Origin: Eledone cirrhosa
Taxonomy: Eukaryota
Reading direction: 5' to 3'
Length of the DNA stretch: 64,000 bases
Assembly (NCBI GenBank): GCA_964016885.1
Contig: OZ024743.1
Location: 339,078,001-339,142,000 of the forward strand
A program made the translations under genes and the position numbers. This document shows positions 51,431 through 62,939 of the stretch, piece by piece. The notes below the pieces were generated by a model that searched no databases, had not been told where the DNA came from, and saw nothing but the letters and a program-made list of their open reading frames with translations. Position 1 is the stretch's first letter, and each line of letters opens with the position of its first letter.

Positions 51431-51435
51431 ATTAA

Positions 51436-51481
<46 letters not shown>

Positions 51482-52451
51482 TTAATGATTATATATATAT
51501 ATTAATGGATATATAAAATATAGTTAAATGATTGAAACGATCGGTGCTGGTAGGTTGGTTACTGAACAAGAGTCAGGATGGTGGTTAGGAAAAGAGGCAG
51601 AGTAGAAGTTCGTCAGCTGTAAATGTTTCCCGATCCGATGTTTCGGCGCTGAATTACAGGACATCGGTTGAGTTCGGGTGCACCCGAGGCCTTTTATTAA
51701 TCAAAAGGCCAGGAGAAAAAGGAGAGAGAAAGAGAGAAAGAAGGGGGAGAAAAAGGGAGAGAGAAAACGAAAGAGAGGGAAAGGAGGAAGAACAGAGGGG
51801 GTGGTGGGATAAGGAGAGAGGAAGAAAGAGGAAGGGAAAAGGGAGAAGGAAAAAGAGGGGAAAATAGAAAAAGAATAGGAGAAAAAAAGTGAACAGGTCC
51901 CATCGTGGGAAGACACAGGTGAAAGAAACATGCAAAAGAGTAACCGTGGAAAAATAGGGAAAGTAAGTGTGGCCAACCCGGGAGACTTTAGCCTGGTGGT
52001 CAGCTACGACTCGGCCCTGGTATAATCGTACTGCCTCTCAGATAGACAGGAAAAAGTGAGAGAGAGACACGAGTAACCAAAAGGGAGAAGGGAAAGGGAG
52101 ATAATCCAGAAGGGTTTTGTTACGACGGTGGCAAAAACGTGCCGCAAAGATTGCGAACAGAGCAGCCCCCACGACACGTGTAAACATGTCAACAATCAAA
52201 ACCGAACGGATGGATAGAGAGAGGGAGGGAGAGAGAAAAAAAAACGAGAGTGAGGAGGAGAAGGGAAGTGAGAAGGGAAGGTCGATGCGAAAGTGTGGAG
52301 GGAACACAGATTGACCAAAGCAGGTAGGGTCACAGTGGTAAATACAAAATGATATGAAACGAACGGAGCTATATAATTTATAGTACCGGTTTCAGTCGAT
52401 AAAGATTTTGTGTCTTCTGTGTGTTTTGTGTTATCTTGTTACCCTGTGTCT

Positions 52452-54790
52452 AAAAAATGACTACTGTAATGTAATAAAAATCGTTAATTTAACCTCTAAA
52501 GAATTAACAACAGACCAAATCAACATACTCTCCAAAGGTCTGAAATTTACACCAACTCCTCGACGACCAAACTACCCCGAAATGAAGGAAGATATTGCAG
52601 AATTCTGTAGAAAAATAAGACTCAGCGAGCAACTGTACGACAAATACAATGAGGATGACTCAATAGCCAGAAATAGAAGCAACTACACCCCACCAAAAAG
52701 GCAAGAACAAATTCCTCGATCAATTCTGCGAACACATTACTAATTACTCATACCACCACCTACACAGACATAAACAAAAACCAAACCTAAGCAAAAAAGA
52801 ATGGAATGGTCTTAACAGTCTAAAAAACGACAAAACCCTAACAATCAAAGAGGCGGATAAAGGGAGTGCAGTAATCCTTATGAGGACAGATTACTACACG
52901 ACTCTAGTACTCTCAACTCTAGAAAACCAAACATATTACGAAAAGTCCAACACTACACACAACAGAAAATAATGAGAAACCTAAAATCCCTAACAACCCT
53001 TTACAAAGAAGGCCTTACCGACAAGGAATACAACTACATCACCAATTTCAAAAGCAGAACCAGCCTCTTCTACGGTATCCCAAAGACACACAAAAGCGAA
53101 GTAATAGGCAGGGCCTGCAAGCAAGCCACAGACATTTACATCAATATACCCCCCCCCCCCTGATGACCTTAAATTAAGAACCATAATAGCAGGTACCACA
53201 TGTGAAACCCACCGCTTATTAACTTCCTAGATATTCTGCTTAAACCTTTCCTAAAACACATAAAAAGCTTCATAAGGGACAACCTTGACATGCTCAACCA
53301 CCTCCCAACAACACTTAATAATGAACATACCCTACTAGTAAACTTTGATGTCATCAATCTATATTCCAAAATCCCACACAACCTAGGTATAGAGGCAATA
53401 CAATTCTGGCTTGAAAATTTCCCTAGTGAACTTCCACAGCGCATCCCTAAAGAATTTGTGTTGGAGGGACTCAAATTCATCTTGGAAAACAACTTCTTCG
53501 AATTCGATGCCAAATACTACAGACAGAAATCTGGGACTGCCATGGACACGAAAGTGGCCCCCTCATACGCCAACATTGTCATGGGATATTTGGAAACCAC
53601 TCTCTACCGCAAAGTTCTAGACAATACGGTAACCACTGCTACCTACACAGAAAAAAACTGGAAGAGATATCTGGACGACTGCTTCATCCTCTGGCATAGA
53701 AAGACTGATTGAGTTTAAAACCCTTCTAAATGGACTCAACACAAACTTACAATTTACAATGGATTACAGCCATGAACAACTCCCTTTCCTCGACATCCTC
53801 ATCAAGAAAACAAACAACAAAATAGAAACAGACATATACTACAAACCCACAGACTCCAAACAATATCTTCCATTTAACTCGTGCCACCCTCGCCATACCA
53901 AAATGAAGAATTAAAGAACACACTTATCAGCAGAAACTACCCACCATCCCTAATCAACTTGATTCCAACGTGCCCTAAAACTCAATATCCAGGAACTCAG
54001 ACACCCCAAACCCAGGAATGAACCGCAACAGAAAACTCTACCATACATCTCCACACACAACCCCCTCAACAATGAGGCATTCGACACCATCCTCCAGAAC
54101 ATTCCTTTACTAAAAAGAGACTCAAGAATGAACAAAATCCTCCAAACACACAACATCATAAAGAGCAAAAGACAACCTAAATCCATAAAAAACATCCTCA
54201 CACAAGCCACAATCTAACCAACCCTCACAATGAACCCTACAGTAAAAAAATGCGGAAGGCCCAACTGTGGTATATACATAAATCTAATAGAAGGTTCAAC
54301 ATTCCATTTGAAACAAGGACAACATTTCACAGTTAAACACAACTTTACATGTGAATCTGAAAACCTAATCTATGTTTTGACCTGCTCAGGTTGTCAGAGC
54401 ACTACATAGGATAGACAAAAAGCAGTCTCCGACAACGTATGACCGTCCATAGATCACAAATCAAAATACAGGAATACAGAAAGATTGCTTTTAGTGAACA
54501 TATCGCCAATTGTACACCTAACCAACATCCAAACTTTAATTACCTCTGAATTACCTCCCCTTGCATATTAACTCTCTAAAAAGGGAAATCATATCAAACT
54601 CCACATTACCCACCCCCTTTTTTCTTTTTTCTTTTCACTTCAAAAACCTTGTTTGTAAATAACTTTATTCTTTCTTCCCCATTTCCTTAACATGTTCAAC
54701 ATCACCAACATTTTACACCAATACAAATTCCCCCTTTGATAATGCATAAAATGCTGAAACCGGTAATAGACAATTATTAAATATATAAAT
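52452..54790 (+). mobile_element. Near full-length decayed Penelope-like element (Neptune-type RT, Cys linker, GIY-YIG)
   Basis: LSKGLKFTPTP, KEADKGSAVILM, FYGIPKTHK, FDVINLYSKIP, GTAMDTKVAPSYANIVM, WKRYLDDCF, LPFLDI, YYKPTD, CGRPNC, TCESENLIYVLTCSGC..YIG. Many frameshifts and stops. Hammerhead-like motif at the 3' end. Confidence 0.9.
54732..54769 (+). ncRNA. Hammerhead-like motif (U3-A8 core, degenerate helix I) in the Penelope 3' pLTR
   Basis: TTGATAA-T-GCAT/aaa/ATGC-T-GAAA-CCGG-TA. Helix I poorly paired. Confidence 0.6.
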
Positions 54791-54959
54791 AAATAAATAA
54801 ATGCCATTGTTAATTAATAAATAAATAAACTAATACCTTAACTCTTCACACAAAGTAAAATATTTTGTTTTAAACATTTTCTAACCCAGAAAAAAAGAGA
54901 AAAAAATAAAAGGGGAAAAAAAATATTTTTCTTCCTAATAATCGTCTTTTTCTCCCTAT

Positions 54960-54991
<32 letters not shown>

Positions 54992-54996
<5 letters not shown>

Positions 54997-55513
54997 AGTT
55001 AATTACCTGGGAGGTGTTTTCCCAGAGTGGTAAAATAACGTGTTTTCTTATTTGTGGGATGACTCTATCCAAAATTTTTTTGCTAATTATTCCAATATCT
55101 GATTTGGAGGGACATATAAGTCTAATAGAAGGATTTGAGTTAAAGTTTGATTTATGATCCTTCAGGTTGAAGTGTGGTCTTTTCAATGCCAAAGGTTCAG
55201 TTCTATCTTCAATGTTTAGTTTTTTTACTATGTTGTGTGTTTTGTTGTTGATGTTGGTGAGTGACGCATTATTAGATTTTTTATAATTTTTTCTGAGTTC
55301 TTTATATATGAACTCATTATAATGTTCAATATCCATATGATACAAGTTACCAGTTTTGTCCGAGTGGACATGGATTTTTTTAGACTTTTTTAGGTCCAAT
55401 AGGGTAGAATCAAGGTCCTTTTGAAAGACGGATTTATACTTTTTAAATTTGAGGTGTTTAATTAAATTAAAAAGGTCTTTCTCGAAGTCTTCAAGTAAAA
55501 AGTTGTGTGGTGG

Positions 55514-55516
<3 letters not shown>
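54992..55516 (-). pseudogene. Naiad-type Penelope RT N-terminal fragment between (TA)n tracts
   Basis: FEKDLFNLIKHLKF, SDKTGNLY, LKDHKSNFNSNPSIRLICPSKSDIGIISKKILD, W.NTSQVINWF. Confidence 0.85.
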
Positions 55517-55560
<44 letters not shown>

Positions 55561-55634
55561 TCCTCCAAAACTGTATACAAAACAAAATCTTTAAAATATG
55601 CATTAAAATAAATTCTGTTTTATATGCATTATTT

Positions 55635-56223
55635 GGTGGATGGATTGGCAGTATAGGTAGAGAGTCGGACGCCATGCTTTCCAGCATAGTTACGTCCCTT
55701 TACGATCTGAGTTCAAATCCCGCCAAGGTTAACTTTGCCTTTCATCCTTACGGGGTCGATAAAATAAAGTACCAGTAATGTACTGGATAATTGCTGGCCT
55801 TGTGCCAAATGTAGAAACAATTATTTGGTGGATTGGCAGTATCGGTAGAGGGTCGGACGCCATGCTTTCCAGCATAGTTACGCCCCTTTACGATCTGAGT
55901 TCAAATCCCGCCGAGGTTGACTTTGCCTTTCATCCTTACGGGTCGATAAAATAAAGTACCAGTAATACACTGGTTTAATTGCTGGCCTTGTGCCTAAAGT
56001 AGAAACAATTATTTAAATTATGTAAATATTGGAGGTAGATTGTCAGTATCGGTAGAGGATCGGACGCCATGCTTTGCAGCAAAGAGTTGTGGTCCTTTAT
56101 GGTCTGAGTTCAAATCCTGCCGAGGTTAACTTTGCCTTTCATCCTTACGGGGTCGATAAAATGAAGTACCAGTAATACACTGGATAATTGCTGGCCTTGT
56201 GCCAAAAGTAGAAACAGTTATTT
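55635..56223 (+). mobile_element. Tandem trimer of a ~190-bp tRNA-derived SINE (55635-55826, 55827-56014, 56031-56223)
   Basis: Each unit has an A box (TGGCAGTAT[C/A]GGT), a B box (GAGTTCAAATCC), the core GCCTTTCATCCTTACGGGGTCGATAAAAT and the tail AGAAACA[A/G]TTATTT. Confidence 0.9.
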
Positions 56224-56324
56224 AAATTATGTAAATATTTTGGGGTGTTGACACACACTTGAATTATGTCTGTAGAACATTTTATTTTGGGGAAAGGCTG
56301 TGCTTTCTAATACATATTACTTGT

Positions 56325-56367
56325 ACAGGTAATCAAAGTGTATATACATTTTTGGGGACACCCTGTA
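56325..56367. mobile_element. Single Tc1/mariner-like terminal inverted repeat
   Basis: Ends ...TTTTTGGGGACACCCTG-TA (reverse complement TA-CAGGGTGTCCCCAAAA), a typical Tc1/mariner terminus. No partner end found. Confidence 0.4.
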
Positions 56368-56897
56368 TATATCTGTGTACACACACGCACATAAATAATA
56401 GATTAGAACGCAAATAAATGATAGATTAGAACTCAGTACATAGTAATTGATATAAAAATACACACCCACAGGCACATCATCTAAACATTTCGTGCAAAAA
56501 AAGAAAATTGATTTCGCGAAATACTATATTGGCAATTGACTCATTCGCGTGGAAAGCGAAATAACCATTAAAAAAAACGCCTGAAAACGACTTAGAACAT
56601 TTTTTAATCAAAATCAAAATTTAATCCCAAAGAGAGGAAGCTGGAACATTATCCACTGAAAGTTCCTTAAACCCCGAAGAAGGAACTTTTAAGTTCGGAA
56701 ATATTGGACAGATAAAAGAACAAAAAAACAAAACAAAGATTATCAGGTAACTTTACTTTTCGTTACCTCCCATTTTGCATTGTTTAGCCTTCTACCGATA
56801 CTGCCAATCCACCAAATAATGCATATAAAACAGAATTTATTTTAATGCATATTTTAAAGATTTTGTTTTGTATACAGCTTTGGAGGACACACACACA

Positions 56898-57049
<152 letters not shown>

Positions 57050-57089
57050 AAATAAGATCCGAAGGCAAGGTAAAATTCCAATCATTTAA

Positions 57090-57163
57090 TCACGACACAT
57101 GTTTCAATAAGAGATAGATCGATTGGGAAGCCATGATCGATTATCACTGATCTCATCAGGTGA
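57090..57163 (-). ncRNA. Type I hammerhead ribozyme with long helix II (left arm of the palindrome)
   Basis: Reverse complement reads TCAC-CTGATGA-GATCAGTGATAATCGAT(loop)ATCGATCTATCTCTTATT-GAAAC-ATGT-GTC|GTGA-TTAAA. Confidence 0.78.
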
Positions 57164-57393
57164 AAATGAATTGTTTCAAATTCTTGATATGAGGGAGAAA
57201 AATAACTATGTTCTGTCACAGAATTCATTCCCTCATATGTGGGAATGAATTCTGTGAGAGAACATCGTTATTTTTCTCCCTCATATCAATAATTTGAAGA
57301 CAATTCATTTTCACCTGATATGAGGGAATGAATTCTGTGAGAGAACATCGTTATTTTTCTCCCTCATATCAAGAATTTAAAGATAATTCATTT

Positions 57394-57467
57394 TCACCTG
57401 ATGAGATCAGTGATAATCGATCATTGGTTCTCAATCGATCTATCTCTTATTGAAACATGTCTCGGGA
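57394..57467 (+). ncRNA. Type I hammerhead ribozyme motif (right arm; substitutions near the cleavage site)
   Basis: TCAC-CTGATGA-GATCAGTGATAATCGAT(loop)ATCGATCTATCTCTTATT-GAAAC-ATGT-CTC|GGGA. Confidence 0.68.
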
Positions 57468-57649
57468 TTAAATGATTGGAATTTTACCTTGCCTTCGGAT
57501 TTTATTTTGATACTTATACTCCGTTTTACATCATCTAGCTGTTTCCTTGAATGGAATTGGAGATATACAAAAGCGTGGAGAACTTAATATTGCTAACATA
57601 AAGTTATTGGACCATTTTACACAACCAATAATGCACCTTACTATATAAC

Positions 57650-57744
<95 letters not shown>

Positions 57745-57822
57745 GCTTCCCTTAGCGGAACCAGCAGGTGACGCCGCCGCTTACGCCACGTAACGTGGTT
57801 AAACCATCCCCACAATGTCGAG

Positions 57823-58476
57823 GTGGCAACTCCTATCTGGAAAATCTTCTTTAGGCTCCTCGAAAAACACTTCCCACCACAACACCGCTACCACAACATA
57901 ATCAACAAAAACACTATCAAACTCTCCTACAGCACCACACCCAACTTCGCACAAAACATCGCCGCCTCAAACAAAAAGAAACTCAACCCTTATGGAAGAA
58001 ACAACCTAGACATTAGTGGAGAGCCGACCAGGAGGCGTAACTGCCCTGATAGATCTACGTGCCCCTTCAACAACAGATGCCGAGAACGTAACGTGATCTA
58101 CCAATGCAACGTCAGAACGGAAACCTCCAACAAAGCCTATATAGGATTAACCGCTTGTGAATTTAAGACCCGGCTCTACCAAAACCGACATACGTTTCAA
58201 AACCCGGCCCGGCGACATGCCACTACACTTTCAGGCCACATCTGGGACCTCCAAGATAATAACATAACATACAATCTTACTTGGAGCTTACTGTCTAGGG
58301 CTAACTCCTACACGGGAGGACGCCGTCCGTGTAACTTATGCTCGGAGGAAACATTACAAATGCTGTTTACGAAGGACCAACTCCTAAACAAAAAAAACGA
58401 ACTGGTAACTGCATGTAAGCACCGATTGCGTAGGATGTACCTCGCCCTCAAACTCCCTCATCACCCGGGTTGGTAG
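57823..58476 (+). pseudogene. Naiad-type GIY-YIG endonuclease domain (open frame, 5'-truncated)
   Basis: VIYQCNV...AYIGLTACEFKTRLYQ...TTLSGHIWDL...CNLCSEE...CKH. Confidence 0.88.
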
Positions 58477-59119
58477 ACAATGGCTGCAACATCCTCCTTT
58501 TCCCAACTTGCCGAAACCCCAGCTAACATAGGTAGATGTATTTCTTTTCTTTTCCTTTTTCTTTTCTTCTTCCCTTTATCTCTTCCTATCACTTCCTTCC
58601 ACTCCCTATCCTCCTCCTTTTCCTTTTTCCTCTTTCGCCTACTCCGAGGCAGCCCATCGGCTTTTGTAGCCTCAGTACCCCCACCCCAGTAAATTATATA
58701 TAGCATTGGCCGAAAACGCAATACCAACTAAATGTAGCAGCTGCTTTAGACTCTAGAGATTTTTTTATTATTTTTTTAATTACTTTTTACTATCCAATTT
58801 TATTATTTTTATATATTTATTTATTTATTTATTATCTTTTAATCTCAATTTATTAACCTATTCTATAACGTCCCCTCTCTAATTCCTCCAGAATCCTTTT
58901 TCGCCTGCTTCCTAACTAGCCTAATTTCATACACACTCCTTAGAATGTGCTGTATAGAATTCACTTTCAACGCTTGACCGGCTCCACCCACTCCCTCGCT
59001 GTTCTACAGGCAAGTTCAGCCACCCCACCTCCCACCCACTGCCATGAAAGATTTAATTGTTTTTACAAGAAATTTTGACCAATCCTTTTGACAACTACAA
59101 TCTTCCCATATAAGGAATT

Positions 59120-59215
59120 ACCCCTTGAAACGTTCGGCTATTTATTTACCACGCTAAAAATTCTAATTGAGTCCAGAAATAGCCGTCGAAACGGCTTGAG
59201 CTCTGCCGTCGGGGT
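59120..59215 (+). ncRNA. Type I hammerhead ribozyme motif in pLTR
   Basis: ACCCC-TTGAAAC-G..CGGCTATTT(loop)AAATAGCCG.C-GAAA-CGGCT-TGAGCTC-TGCCG-TC|GGGGT. Stems are conserved relative to 49851-49946 while the helix II loop has diverged. Confidence 0.72.
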
Positions 59216-59222
59216 CAAACAT

Positions 59223-59257
<35 letters not shown>

Positions 59258-59260
<3 letters not shown>

Positions 59261-61925
59261 GGCTTTCCTGATGATTTCCTTCTAGTCCTGTAGAAGCCCC
59301 TTCTATCTCTATCGTTAACCTATCCCCACCGTTTTCCCCCCATCTGAACCCTAATTCTAATGTCGACTCCTCAGATGTTGCCAATTCACCACCAAACTGC
59401 GTCCTCTGCTCCCGAACTAGTCGTTACCTAAAGACAATCGCATGTCAGTCCTGCCATCAAAACTATCACAGGAGCTGCGTTGGCATTACTAAGGTTCAAG
59501 CTGAAAGTTTCTCAAACTGGACGTGTAACCAATGTCACTTCAGCTCCAATTCCCTTTGCAGGTCTGAACCTAACTCTGACGTTCAGATCTCTGTTGAGGG
59601 CTTTGCCGCTGCCCTCCGGAACTTGTCTAAGTTGAAACTCATCAACAGGATCCCAAAGAGAGTTCGGTCCAGTGTCACCCGTGCTCTCTCCAAGCTGCTG
59701 AAGAATATATGCCTATCCAATGACATCTTGGATTGGCAGAAACTATTCTTGTTCTCCTTAGTCTCTCTCCACGTGTCCAACATGAAAGCCGGATCTCTCA
59801 CATCCTCCCTAAAATGGCAGTTTGAGTTGTTTGATTCAACCCCAATTACTGCTCATCTCAGGTCGGCGATTAACTCAGTTCCAACCAATAATCAACCGCC
59901 GAACTTCAAGAAGGCCGTCAATTCTAAATTCAATGAATTTGATATTAAAGGGTTTGCTCGCCGCCTTTCCTCTCTGTCATCCCTCGCCCAGTGCACTACA
60001 GAGTCACTCAACTGACTGAGAGTGAAACATCCCTGGCTCCTCCGGATGACCACTTACACTGGCCCGATCCACCAGGTCATTTGCAACATAGCTTCACCCC
60101 AGCGGGTTCTGGTGCTGGGATTGAGCCCTCCTAACTCACCTTCGGTGACTATCTCCTTCTATCTGCCACAGGGGTCCAACAGGGTGACCCGCTCGGACCT
60201 GCACTTTTCACTCTAGGCATTGATGACGTCACCAATTTAGGAACTGAACTGGATCTGAATGGCTGGTATCTGGATGATGATTGCTTGGGGGATACTCCAG
60301 ACAAGGTCCTTGCAACTGCGAAGATGATGATCGAGGAGTTGGGCCGTAGGGGCCTTCATGTCAACAGTTCCGAATGCAAGCTCTGGCTCCTCAACCACCT
60401 AGCTTCACACCAAGAGACTATGGACCTGTTCACAGAGTCTTTCCCCTCCACAGAGGTTCCTCCCCCGCCTGCGTGGTGCTCCTTTGGGGCCCCAGTTACT
60501 GACCAAGCCTTCAAGTCCATCTTTCAATCTAAGTTGGCTAGCCTCAAGAAACTTTTAAAAAACCTCGAAGTCATTGAGCCTCACCAAAGTTTTTTCATTC
60601 TCCAGAATTATCTGTCAATCCCTCAGTTGTTGTATTTCCTTAGAGTTAGTCCCTCTTACAAATTTTCATCGTCTCTCCAACAGTTCGACAATCTAATATT
60701 CAGTGAGCTCGAGGGTTGGTCAATGTCTCACTCTTTCCAGAGTCACACGACCAAGCTGCCTTACACAAAAGGTTTGGAGGTCTCAGTTTGCATAAGTGTA
60801 CTTCATTGTCCCTACCTTGCTTTCTTTCCTCCATCCACGCCTGTTCCCCTTTGGTAGGTGACATCCTCTCCTTCTCAACTTGGACACGTTCCACCAGGGA
60901 GTTGGATGAAGCTTTACACAGTGGAGAGAGCTGGGTTTGTCAGTCCCAGTTACTGATGAGGATAGAATGGAAGCAGAGAGTGTGGGCAATCTGCGCTCGA
61001 GGGAAACTTTCAACTCTTTCTTTGATCTTTCCAATCAATTTTCTAGGTGCAGCTTACTTTCTGCGAGCGCAAAGTTCTCGGGGGACTGGAAGAATTCCCT
61101 GCTTGTAGCCAACATTGGTGGCCTTCTCAGTCAGGACGAACTCCGTATCTCCATTGCACTTCGTGTGGGAGCCGACGTCTGTTGGGGTCTGAGATGCCGC
61201 TGTGGTAGATCCCTCGACTCAGCAGGTTTACATGGTTTGTCCTGCCACCTGAATGTTGGTCGTTTTGCCCGTCACACCGAGCTAAACCTGATCATCAAAC
61301 GGGCCCTAGCTCGGGTTAATAGCCCCACAGTTCTGGAGCCTGTTGATTTATCCAGAAGTGATGGGAAGAGACCAGATGGTCTTACCCTTTGTCCCTGAGT
61401 GAGAGGTAGATGTCTCATCAGGTACATCACAGTCAGTGACTCTTTTGCACCCAACCCCCACCCCGGGAGGGGGGGGGGCGGGGGGTCACTGCTTCCGCTG
61501 CCGAACGGAATAAAATTCGGAAATACCAGGACTTATCAAACAATTATTTTTTCCAGCCTGTTGCGTTCGGGACGTTCGGTGTAGTTGGGCCACTGTCAGT
61601 GAAGTTCTTGTCTTCACTGGCAACTCGCCTTACTGAGGTGTCAGGTGATGCCTGTGAGCGTACTGTGAGGGTACCTGGTTATTTCAGCGCCTTAGCCTCG
61701 CCATCACCCGTGGTAATGCTGCGAGTATGCTGGCTTGCCTGAAAATGTACAATTAAACTCCGATCGTCGCACTTGGTGGTGAATTGCCCCCCTCTCCCTT
61801 TCCCTTCTTCTTTCTCTCCTTTATCCTTTTTGTTCATGATTTTATATTTGTTACACTATTTATGTTTTTAAAACATATTTGCAACTTTATTCTACTGTAA
61901 ATTTATACAACTGTCATAAAAGCAT
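59258..61925 (+). mobile_element. Decayed CRE-like RT-RLE non-LTR retrotransposon with N-terminal PHD finger and internal RT deletion
   Basis: RIPKRVR...WQKLF; GVQQGDPLGPALF (~60170-60208); WYLDD (~60264); CRCG...HGLSC; RFARH; EP..LSRSDGKRPDG; KFxKY-like; FQRLSLAITRGNAAS (~61683-61727). Many frameshifts. Confidence 0.85.
59398..59535 (+). pseudogene. PHD finger (C4HC3) coding segment, in frame with ORF 59623-60015
   Basis: Manual translation CVLCSRTSRYLKTIACQSCHQNYHRSCVGITKVQAESFSNWTCNQC. The frame is open from 59275 to 60015; the track misses this part because there is no upstream start codon. Confidence 0.82.
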
Positions 61926-62476
61926 TCATCTTTATTAATGCATTGAGTATCTTACTGTGGTTACACCCGATTAAAGCCGAGATTCACACACACACGTGTG
62001 TGTGTGTGTGATTTCACACATACACGCATCTGGTCGTTAGGGCCTACAAAGTTCTGGTCTAGAATAATGGTGTCAGCGCACCTGTGATTTGATATACAAT
62101 CGACAACAATCGGATACGTACAATACCTAACATTAACTTACACTTTCGATATATTCATATATAACACAGCCATTATATAACACAAATGGAAACTCAGGAA
62201 ATTAGAAATGAAAAACCTTTGAAAAGCTGTTTTAAGCGAAATTGGTCAAGTATAAAAACTATTCTTTTTTATATGAATAAAATGTGTTTCATTATACACA
62301 GAACATGTATGTATAATATATAACATATTCGTTACTTTTTTTCAAATCTTTATTATCCTCCTCCTCCACCATATATATACACACGCACGCCCCCCCCCCC
62401 CCCCGCCCACCCCCCACACACACATGAAACGCATGCAGTGCATGCGTTATAGAATCTTGAGTTGATCAATTGAGTT

Positions 62477-62643
62477 GGTTGAAGCAAGCAGAATTTTGGC
62501 TGCTTACTAAATCGTAGACACATAAAAAGATAAAACACACACACACACAAACACACGACAGCGTCGGTTGAAGCAAGCAGAATTTTGGCTGCTTACTAAA
62601 TCGTAGACATATAAAAAGATAACACACACATACACACACACAC
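62477..62643. repeat. ~90-bp tandem duplication
   Basis: GGTTGAAGCAAGCAGAATTTTGGCTGCTTACTAAATCGTAGACA..TAAAAAGATAA(CA)n at 62477 and 62567. Confidence 0.9.
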
Positions 62644-62939
62644 TAGATAACACTACATGCGGCTTTCACCAGGAGGATCATTTAAAGGGAAGTAAGGCTG
62701 CACAGTCCCACTTTCCGCCATGGCGATTGGACTGCATGCCCTGCTTTCCAGGTTACCCTTCGCCACTGATATACATACATACATATACATATTAGTAATA
62801 AGAATATTTATATTTATATATGTTTGATATAACTATAAATATGTAGGGTAGTACTAAGTACTAGCCGGTTACCGGTATGACAAAAGGCTCAATGCAAATT
62901 TTCAAGTGTTTTACAGAGCCGAGATACAAAGTGTTAAAA

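Larger units (their letters stand above)
57741..59226 (+). mobile_element. Second, more strongly 5'-truncated copy of the Naiad-type Penelope family (GIY-YIG + 3' UTR/pLTR), between (TA)n tracts
   Basis: ORF 57823-58476 is highly similar to the C-terminal part of 48063-48956. Its 3' end is homologous to the 49664-49961 pLTR. Confidence 0.9.

Noticed and set aside
55635-56223. tRNA genes (A and B boxes present)
   Set aside because: No cloverleaf or acceptor stem. Each unit continues into a SINE core and tail also found at 39367 and 44105.
56672-56710. Hammerhead-like CCGAAGA-AGGAACT/AGTTC-GGAAA
   Set aside because: Helix II is suggestive but helices I and III and the NUH site do not form. 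At most a decayed motif, so not listed as a feature.
59268-59310. CTGATGA at the 5' end of the CRE-like element
   Set aside because: No following helix II plus GAAA. No convincing HDV-like fold could be built by eye either.
62687-62749. Imperfect hairpin (CAGTCC/GGACTG core), possible pre-miRNA
   Set aside because: Too many bulges to call by eye and no supporting evidence.
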